A stretch of 64,000 nucleotides of DNA from Octopus sinensis (taxonomy: Eukaryota), in NCBI RefSeq assembly GCF_006345805.1, contig NC_043007.1:6262001-6326000 (forward strand), given 5' to 3'. The notes under the pieces are model-generated. The model ran no database searches. It saw only the letters and a program-made list of their open reading frames with translations, and was not told the DNA's origin. Below are positions 54,137 to 64,000 of the stretch, one piece after another. Position numbers and translations under genes: made by a program. How positions within the stretch are numbered: position 1 is the stretch's first letter; every line of letters starts with the position of its first letter.

Positions 54137-54527
54137 GACAAAGGGAACACCTCTGTCACCGGCAACAACAGTGGCACCGATGGCTGCAACAAGCACAGCA
54201 ACTGCAGTAGAATTAACTTTAACAGAAAGAGCAGTAACAACAGATTAACAAAAGAAGGCATCAATGACAATAAAAACGATAACGACAACAACAATAGCCA
54301 TCGCACCTTCCATTTCGTCTATATTTCAAACAATACTATCAACAAACGCCTGAAAGACAAAGCATAGGAAGAACGCTAAAGCAATCTGTTCGGGAGAGTT
54401 TATTAATGGATGGAAGGAGACACAGAGACCTTTTATTACGTTGGCAGTAGCAACGTTGAATATTAAGTAGAAGCAGCGAATATTTTTTAAATGCTGATTA
54501 ATGATAGGTAAATTGACAGGTAAATTG

Positions 54528-54935
54528 GCAGCGGCGAGCTGGCAGAAACGTTAGCAGGCCGGGTGAAATGTGTAGCCGTATTTCGTCTGCCGTTACGTTC
54601 TGAGTTCAAATTCCGCCGAGGTCGACTTTGCCTTTCATCCTTACGGGGGTCGTTTAAATAAGTACCAGTTACACACTGAGGTCGATACAATCGACTTAAT
54701 CCGTCTGTCTGTCCTTGTTTGTCCCCTCTGTGTTTAGCTCCATGTGGGTAGTAAAGAAATAGGTATTTTGCCTGCCGTTACGTTGTGAGTTCAAGTTCCA
54801 CTGAGGTCGACTTTACCTTTCATCCTTTCGGGATCGATTAAATAAGTGCCAATTACGCACTGGTGTCGATATAATCGACTTAATCCGTCTGTCTGTACTT
54901 GTTTGTCCCCTCTGTGTTTAGCCCCTTGTAGGTAG
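54528..54935 (+). mobile_element. Family-A SINE head-to-tail dimer (one full unit plus a 5'-truncated unit)
   Basis: Unit 1 ends gtaaagaaatag at 54762 and runs directly into gtattttgcctgccgttacg..., which restarts the element at about position 50. Confidence 0.9.
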
Positions 54936-56767
54936 AACTGGATATATCAGAGTGTCCGAGTAAAATATCTTGAATGACTTAGCAACATGTAGGTTCTGGT
55001 ACGAATATGGCCGAAGTCAACTTTACCTTGTATCTTCCCGTATGGCGTTAAAATAAAGTATAAAGCAAGGAATCAGAACGATATCCCAGACAATAAATAC
55101 AAGAGATGTGACGGGCAGTTGGATGTGATTTATTCCTAGGTCCATATGCAGTTGCGCGTGTATGTTGACAGCACCTCGGTTTTCCAGCCCTTCAACCCAG
55201 CAAAGCATCCAAGATATGACAGCACGAAGGAAAAGCGGTTCTAACAACACTTGACTAGGACTCATTTCAACCTCATATAATAAACTGTCGTCCGATCCAG
55301 AATGCTAACCTGTAGAATCCACCCACCAAGCGTTGTAAAGGCGTTGGATGATCTATCAATCGTCTCTTTTAAATGGACGGTTAGAAAATATACGCCATAG
55401 AGAATTTACGATGAGTGACAATCAATGATATTCGGATGTGTAAAGAAATAGGTAATGGTTTTGATGAAGCAAAGTAAAATACAAAATAGGAATTTCAACA
55501 CACAAATCCGTTATTTAAAAACTAATTACGGATAAAAGAGGCCAAACACTTTTTATGTCATTGATCCTTTAAAGAATTGGTGATAACGTAAAATTAAAAG
55601 TATCATTAATAAAAAAAATTGAATTAATAACAATAATTTCTTCGTTTGTTTGTATCAGTGGGTCCCTTATATTGACTTGATGGTAAGAAGTGTGTGTGAT
55701 TTTCGGGTTCTGCATCTCAAAAGACCCCTAGTTCAGTTTGAAAGCTTTTGACAACAGAAAAAAAGAACAAAAAACTTCTGTTGTGCTGTGTTATTGATGA
55801 AGCAGCTTTGGTCCCATTGTACTTTCATGATGTAAAGTTCCAGGCTGAACAAAGCAGGTTCCACTCAAAGCCATCACACGACAGACATCAATGATGAAAC
55901 TTTGTACTGCTTTAATATGGCCAAGTCAACTGCTTGGCATGGCCATATTATGGACTCCTAACGTTTTCCCACTCATACGTACACACCACGCATGTACACG
56001 CACTTACACAATATATACGCATTCATATTATAGGTTTGCTCCCTCTCCCTCCCCCTCTCTCTCTCTCTCAACACACACACACATATATACATATATATAT
56101 ATACTAAGAAAAATTCTGACTACCTCCTTTTATCTTAGTATATATAATTTTTTACACCACATCAAACAATCTACATACTCGCGCGCACATACACTCTCTC
56201 TCACTCCTTCTCTCTCACTCACTCTTCCTATCTGTCTCTCTTTTTTTCTCCCTCACACACACACAGACACATATATACACACATGTATATATCATGTGGC
56301 TCAATGCAATAAGATCAAGATCTCTTTCCCAAACAGGTTTTGTAGGTTTGCCAGCTCATTGTATGATTAATCTGATTATTTATGTATTGAATTACAGTGC
56401 CATAGAAACGTGGCTGCAGTTTGACACCTCCGGCCTGGATGAGAGGAACCATTATCTCTCATAAAAGACAAAAACCCTACTCACACACACATATATATAT
56501 ACATCTATGTAAATATATATATATATACTCACACACATAGCCCCACACACAAACTTATCCATGCAAATATAGATATATGTATATAAATATATTTATATTA
56601 ATATATATATATGTTTATATGAATATGAATATATTTATATTAATATGTGTATGTATATATATACACACAAAAATATATATGCGTGTGTAAGTATACAGAA
56701 ATACACCCATACATTATATATATATCAATCTCTCTCGCTCTCTCATTATATATATATACATATATAT

Positions 56768-56960
56768 GGTAAATCCAGAAAGAACAAACAGAAAAGACAA
56801 CGCGAGGCCGTGGTACATGTAAAGTATTAGCAGATGCTCAGGAACGGTAAGAAAGATGGATTAATGTTTCGAGCAGACACTCTTCTTCGGAAATAGAAGA
56901 AAGTCCAATAGAAGCGAAGACGGGGGCAGAAAATAGCCAACGATTCACATGTGGTTACAT
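56768..56960 (-). mobile_element. Penelope-like short repeat (family P2) with a degenerate hammerhead-like motif at 56861-56894
   Basis: Minus strand tttccgaaga-a-gagt-gtct-gctc-gaaacatt. Confidence 0.5.
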
Positions 56961-57382
56961 TTTGAAATGACGGAAGGGAATGGGTGAAGAAAAAGTTCTT
57001 CATAAGATAGGAGAGTATAAGAGAAGGAGGTATGTAATAGCACGTGTGTGTACGTATGTGCGTCCACGAGTTGCGCGCGCGAGTGTGTGTGTGTGTATGT
57101 AATTTTAAGGTCCAAAGATTTAAGTGTAGGAAGGCTGTAAGATTCGAACAGTCGGCGGTTGTTATAAAAAATAACGAAAAAATGATAATTTATTGGCGTC
57201 GAAACTTGGAAGCTTTTATCATATCGAAGTTAGATAAGCTGAAAAAAAATTAATTAATAGGTCACTGTTAGCAACTAAAATTGCTATGAATGCGAATAAA
57301 TATCCAAATTGAGGGAATGGAGCAGATAAAATCCAAGCTGCATATATTTCGGCTAACTACACACCCAGCCGAAGAGGCCTGG

Positions 57383-57466
57383 ATTATATGAATGTTATAG
57401 AGTCGTCAAGGAATCTTCAGTGAATCAACTTGGGATTCCTTAACGACAATGTAACCTTCATATAAT
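57383..57466 (+). ncRNA. Candidate pri-miRNA-like hairpin
   Basis: 39-position stem (31 Watson-Crick pairs, 3 G-U, 5 symmetric mismatches, no bulges) with a 6-nt loop; the G-U pairs favour the plus strand; I saw no other copy in the window. Confidence 0.5.
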
Positions 57467-58666
57467 GAAGGTATTTTTGGCCTTGCGTAACTAACTGAAT
57501 ACTCCTCTCCTCGTTCAGTAATTATTACAGCAAAGTATCTGCTGGTTAGGAAACACATGCAGCCGGGATTTTACCTGTTCCACTCCCTTACAAGAACTGC
57601 TGTTTTTATATGTAAACAGCAAACAAACTTGTTATGCACCTGCTTGCATTTTAATGCCTATGTTGAAGACCGTGCGTTTGCAATTATCTAATATCCCTTA
57701 GCCATTAATAGCAGCTGTTCTTTATAAAGTCAAAAGCATAATGAATATAAAGAGTTCTGCTGTGCAATGCTTGACAATATAGCTTACTTCTCAAATTAAA
57801 CCGTTTATCATACCTATTCGCAAATATAGCTTTAGAAAAAACACCTGGTAAGGAACTAAGTACTTATTTCGAGGATCAACTGATTGTTTACTAGATTAAA
57901 CCTTCCACCTGGGATGTATTTTGGGACCCTACCCGGGGCAGATTTCCAACATAACGGATACCCTCCCTTCCTTCTATCAGACTCCCTGTAAGAAGAGCCG
58001 TGCCCACTCCCTTCCCTCCTGAATAAAAGATCGCGAAATAACCCATTTCGTTATAATTCCTTCTTTTTCAGGTTTGTATCACTTTTTTCTTAATTGTTTG
58101 ACACGATAGGAACTGTACATATGGTCGCAGAAACCTGTGTGATTGTTGTTTCGAATACTTTACAGAGTTTACAGGGAGAAATATTTTACAATTTACTGGG
58201 AGAAAACGATGCACAGCGGTTTCCACTTGTATTACAATACATGGCTTTCATTAAATAGCTATCTTCCGATACCTTACATTTTATTCACTTTTTGCGAACC
58301 GAGGAGCAGGTTATTTCCAAGAGACTACATGTTTTGTGTCGACTGGAAATATATGGGCAAAATACTTTTACATTGTAAGCTTTTAAAGTATTCCGTTTGT
58401 TTTCGATAAATATATTTCGAATTTACCATCTTCTTCAACACAACCGTAGAGATTATATTTAAAACAGAAAACAACATTTGTACGAATATTATTTATAGTA
58501 AAATTATTCATATTAAGTGTTAAAGTTTACTGAAGACAAATGAGAATAAAGGTGAAAGATCAAAGTGAATTAAGTTATCGGAAATAGTTAACACTCTCAC
58601 ATGAACGCTGGATTATGTCTCCACCTCACAGATATGAGCTGACACTTAAGGGGGAACAAAACTCAC

Positions 58667-58678
58667 CCCGAAAGTAAC
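58667..58678 (-). other. Candidate 12-nt micro-exon
   Basis: ttattttcctttacttttctttgaattccag|GTTACTTTCGGG|gtgagt; very strong splice signals, frame-preserving length. Confidence 0.28.
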
Positions 58679-59525
58679 CTGGAATTCAAAGAAAAGTAAA
58701 GGAAAATAAATAAGACAATATTGCATCTAGAAACGAAAATGGTTGTGAAAGCGATTCTGACTCCGTCGTTTAAAGTACAAAGCGACGCTTCATCATGGTC
58801 ATGGTTGGAATAAAGTATCATAGCATGCTTTTATCCCTTATGAACAGAAATGTTGTTTCTCACTTAAAAATGTCGACGACCTCGTGCTATCTGACGCTAA
58901 ATATATCTGATTCGATTATACACACAACATAGAGAAGCTGTCCGAATTCTTTGTATGGAAATAATGTTCCTGATCGGGAGTCATTCACATTTGTCTTATC
59001 GATGAAAGAATCAAAGAATAATAGGATGCATTAGTGTCACTGAAGAAAACTAGATTCCAAAACATCTTTATAGAATATACATCATTGTCAAAGACTTTCT
59101 TTAGACTGATTTCATTAAGAACTATAGCATGATACGATTGAAGAGACACGTTTCGGACATTTTATTGCGCCTGTCTATATTCCGCCCAAACGAAATCCAA
59201 TTATGTGTCCAACGATAACCTTATTCGTAACCTTCGCTGTAAGTGGCTCTTTGTAATCGCATTTTGATTCATTGTTTCTCATAGTTCTGTCATATTTATC
59301 AGTTTACCTGCATAATTTACAGGAATTATCTCTTAAAGCTCTGCTAGTTAATGGTCCAAATCGATCCGAATAGAGAACCTAGAAATGGCAAATATGTCCT
59401 GTGGTTTTAGTAGATTATTGAGTGAGGAATTATCTCCACGCATTCTGGTATGTTGGTATATAACTATGTATATGCACATATACTCACACGCATACACATT
59501 GACGCGGGCGCACGCACATACTCGC

Positions 59526-59567
<42 letters not shown>

Positions 59568-59693
59568 TTATATACGTATATATATATATATATATACATA
59601 TATGTATACACACAAACATACACCTAGACATATATAGAGACATACAGATATATACATATACACATACATACGTATAAATACATATGTACCCCC

Positions 59694-59730
<37 letters not shown>

Positions 59731-59869
59731 TATATATATACACACAAATATATATATATATAAACACAAATATATACACACACAAACACAAGCATCATAT
59801 ATATATGTGTGTGTGTGTGTATGTATATTTATGTATATATGAATAATATGACATGCCTGGTCAGATGAA

Positions 59870-60400
59870 CCGGGCGCATCATCATTATATTTTGCAATGT
59901 CCACAATTCTCTGCCTGCGATGCTTTCCTCATTTTGTATTCTGTCTTGTCTGATAAATCTCGGTCTAATTCCTATGTACCATTGGTGTAGCGTTCCCTGT
60001 GCATTGTTATTATCTCTTGCTAGAACATTGCGGATTCATACCAGGTTTAAGATTTGTAATCTACACCGCCAGAAGGTTCTTGCAAAATTCAGTTGATCAT
60101 ATCACTCTGTACGATTCCATCATTTCCCACCCTAATCGCCAGTTAACAAATAATATGTCACATCTTACACAATGTGCGCTCAACTAAATATAGAAGCTTT
60201 GACTGCTGCATTAATTGGCATAACTTTGGGTTTTATGCAGTTAATTCCTAGTGCATGCAGTTGCCACGACTGAATTCTTGCTACTTCCAACTGGGACATC
60301 CAGAATACAAACCTTTTCACTATCTCTAGTACTGAAGGGCACACTGCTCCTTTCGGTAACTTTCTTCATTACTCAGTTAAATGTTATCAAGAAGAGAAAA
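59870..60400 (-). mobile_element. Highly decayed LINE RT C-terminal fragment
   Basis: Fragments LGINCIKPKVMPIN and FIRQDRIQNEE resemble RTE-type GLxINxxKTKVM and DRIxNEE motifs; many stops. Confidence 0.4.
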
Positions 60401-60774
60401 GGATAAAGAAAACATCACTGACGGATGCCAACAATATATCAGCGCGACCTGTATCTGTTCCGAAACTAGTGAAGTTTCTTGAAGATGCAGTATGGCTGCA
60501 GGTTAAAGTAAATCGACAGTCTCTCATGATTATCCCCCATGGATACAATCAAAATCATTTCTGATACCTATGAATTTTTCTTTGAAAAAGCCAACCGGGA
60601 GTTAATGGTCAGTTTCCAAAAGTTCGCAGTGTGCAAATTTGCTCAGTGAGGGTGAAGATTGAATGAATCGTTGTCTGTTCTTATTACATCGTAATCTCGA
60701 TGAACTTTTGAAGATTGAGCAGTAAGCACGTGTATACGTATTTTCCCCTAATACGTATACATACATATATATAC

Positions 60775-60846
<72 letters not shown>

Positions 60847-63800
60847 AGAGGTAAGTGTTTTATACATGTTGTTTTTGTGGTCTTTGAGCGTATCTGACCC
60901 ATGTTAAAATCTAGCCATCAAGTATTTTAGGTTCTTTTTTCCTCCGAGTCTTCGACGAATTTGCATCTTTTGTGATATCGTCATTAATTCTCAGTCCTAG
61001 AAATGAGCAAACGTGTGATATATTGGCCCACCACACCTTTCTACATTCCCCAGTCATTCGGTTCGACATAACAGACCTATTCTATAAAATTCCCTGCATT
61101 TAACAATCACTCGATACCAGATGAAATGTAGATGCTAATTGATACAAATATTCGAAGAACAGTGAGTTCGTTGGCTCTAAAGCAAATTCCATTCCAAATC
61201 AGCCAATGTAGCAGTTCGAGATTAACAAACAGGATTCATCAAAATTCTTTAACTTCTCTACGCTAGAAATATATTAACCTTGTCGTAGTTTATAAGAACA
61301 AAGGCGTCAGAGTTATGTTTTGCAGAATTTTGATGGACACCTTATTCTAAAAAACCCACTGGCTGCATCAAAAGACATTTCTACTGATTACATCAAAAGA
61401 CATGTTAACCCGTTAATACCCACATTTTCCCTTCCTCTCAAATTGTTACCTTTTAGCTGGGTGGTGACAAAAAAGTGTGGCTGAAATTTTTTAAAATGTA
61501 GGTGTAGTATTTAGGAAAAACTTCAACTTTGTGAATAAATGTATTTCTAAAATAGTTGGTAAAATAATGATTATTCTTGTGGCCCTAAGAGAAGAACCAC
61601 AGACGCGAAGCATATTTGGGGTGATGCTCTTTGCATTTCTCCAAAAAGCAATAGGAAATAATATATCGACAGTAATTTTTGATCGGTGGACATCTCGAAA
61701 ATCTCTCGAGAAATTGTTCAAGAAAAGTAATGTGAGCATTTTCATTCCATTCCAATACATCGAAAATTTCTACAGACGGCTCTATCCGTTTTGTTCTTTT
61801 ATATAATAATGAAATTAGTACGTTCCAAAGGTAGAGAAACTGAATTCGTTGAATTCTGCTTCGCTAAACTGATTACGCTATCTTTGCACTCTTCACTCGG
61901 AAAGCTGTTAGAGTCAGGACATGTGATGTTTTTTAAGGAATTCATTTAGTATCGACTAATTGTCAAGGTCAAGAATTTTGGTAGGATATGTCCAATGATA
62001 TGCAATCGAATATTTTGTAAACGTTGTGATGGCAAAATAAACCAGAACGGTTTCGTTTATTCACCTTCGCGCTGAGAATAAAATGCATATCACAAAGATA
62101 TTTTACCCTCAACGCCATATGTATAAACTATATCTAAGCATTTCTATATTCTTGAACACATTTTTGCAGGTGAAGCAGTTTCCAAGATATTTTAATTAGT
62201 TGTGCCATGAAACTAGTTGAATATTGTGCAGGTGTCGTATGATAGACCCAGTAATGAAACGGTCATTATTACAATTTACAATTACTTAGAGATATACCAA
62301 TTTTTGGTTTAACGATTTCTCATTTATTACCATCAACCATTCTTTATTATACCTTAAGACGTCCTGATTAGTCAAAAAGTGAATTAGCTCCGGATTTTCT
62401 CTTTATGAATATAATTATGCCGTTGCTTGATCGTGTAAGTGGATAAGGTAGCCCACCGCATGGAGAACAAAAGAACAACATGGTCAGTAGTAGAATAACG
62501 TTTGAACCTAGTTCCGTTTGATCCGGTCTGATCCAGTGCAAAGTAATAATAATACCATCACCAACAACAAAATACTTAATCATACTTCTTTACGTGTATT
62601 AAATATTGAATGTGGCTGTGTAAGTTTTTGGTGGTGTTTGTTCCTAGGAATCATTTGGTTTTCTCTATACGTATCCATTTTAGTCATGTTTAATCCGGAA
62701 AATCTCTTTGCCTAATTGTTCTGGGTTTATAACAAGAAACGAACATAAAATGCTGAAATTGCTTGGATACGTGCATGGATACGCATACACTGCTTATTAA
62801 TCAGGATTTTCGTATTACGTATAAGTTATTTAATTATTTATTTACGTTATAATCCGTCTTTTATTTACTTTCGATATTTTTATTTTTCATTTTCTTCTTA
62901 TTTTCTTAATTGGTATCAAATCTCTAGATTCTTCCTGTTTTCAAAGTCAATATTATCTTTAAACATTTAATTATTCCAACCGAGGCTCATTGAAAGAAAA
63001 TACTGAAAAATCCATTACTACAGAGAAAGTGTATATAATTATCATTCGTCAGATTTTACGCTGCAGAAATAAAACAATTACAATTACGTGACATACGTCA
63101 TAACAGGAATTTGGTACTCTGGGTGTGCGTACGATTAAGGGAAATAGGACGGAATTCTAAATAATGTCCACCTACAAATTTGAAACTTAATACAGAGCAT
63201 TGTAAAAGAATAATTCTGGATGCAATAACTAAATAACGAAGAATGATAAAAGAAACGATAATCAACCCTGAGAACAAATATTTCGCATATATTTATAGAA
63301 GATTCCATTCTTCTAAATTATGAGAGAACTCATTCAGATCGTCTGAAAATTTCGTCTCCAATCACAAAAATAATTCCAAGTTTGTTTTTTTATTTTAGTA
63401 TGAAGTTATTTTTAGTTTCAAATTCCGTTTAAATAAATTTAGAATTTTACGCATTTAGCAACGCTCGAAAAGTCTTCGAAAAATATGTGTCTGCTTTAAG
63501 AACTTCTTTAATTCTCACACTTCCACTCTGTCTAAATTTCTTGAAAGAATTATAGCTTCAAAAATGTATTATTGTTGTTAATCGTAATGATTCTCAAGAT
63601 ATTTATGTTTTTTTGTTTCACTTCAGGAACATTAGTTGTTTTCTCTATTTTGAGTTTTTTTTTGTATTCTTTTTCACATCTCTTTCACATCATAAACTAT
63701 GGCTAGCAATATTAACTATTCCACGAGAATCATGGAAGGTGAGATGAGAAGCGAAAGATACATGAATAAATCAATACATTTTTTTTCAACTACGAAGACA

Positions 63801-64000
63801 AGATATAATTCCAAGCGCAAAATAATAATAAAAAACAATTAGGAAACGATAGAATAATTTTGAAGATAAAACACAATCTCTGCTGAGTGTGACTGACTTT
63901 GAAGACTAGAATGTGAGGAAGATTACATTTCGAAAAAAGAGTATTCTCTGTGTAACAACGAAATCTATATATATAAAACTGTGAAAGTGTGTCTGTCTGT

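Noticed and set aside
57880-58060. Pyrimidine-rich segment with AATAAA, resembling an LTR
   Set aside because: No second copy, no clear TG...CA ends, and no PBS or PPT identified.
62368-62583. 71-aa minus-strand ORF with a signal-peptide-like stretch (ILLLTMLFFCSPCGG)
   Set aside because: The hydrophobic stretch is not at a credible start, there are no supporting splice sites, and no homology is recognised.

Overview
AT-rich, microsatellite-dense eukaryotic DNA. The repeat families resemble those of octopus (coleoid cephalopod) genomes; this is an inference from recognisable SINE/LINE sequences, not from a search. No protein-coding gene can be named, and nearly all ORFs in the supplied track are translations of microsatellites or SINEs. 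The window is intergenic or intronic and holds: (i) many SINEs, including a tRNA-like head family carrying four different 3' tails, a Meta-domain-like family and a CORE-like family; (ii) LINE remnants, including a 1.5-kb RTE/BovB-type 3' fragment whose ORF ends in three tandem C2H2 fingers, plus RTE-like and L1/Tx1-like ends; (iii) DNA transposon remnants (mariner, maT/DD37D-type, MULE, a MITE and a 300-bp foldback); (iv) short Penelope-like repeats carrying minimal hammerhead-ribozyme-like motifs with family-specific non-canonical cores. The best non-repeat observations are an 84-nt pri-miRNA-like hairpin at 57383-57466 and a few weakly supported, phase-compatible minus-strand exon candidates. 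No CRISPR array, rRNA or genuine tRNA gene was found, and no complete novel system is demonstrated.
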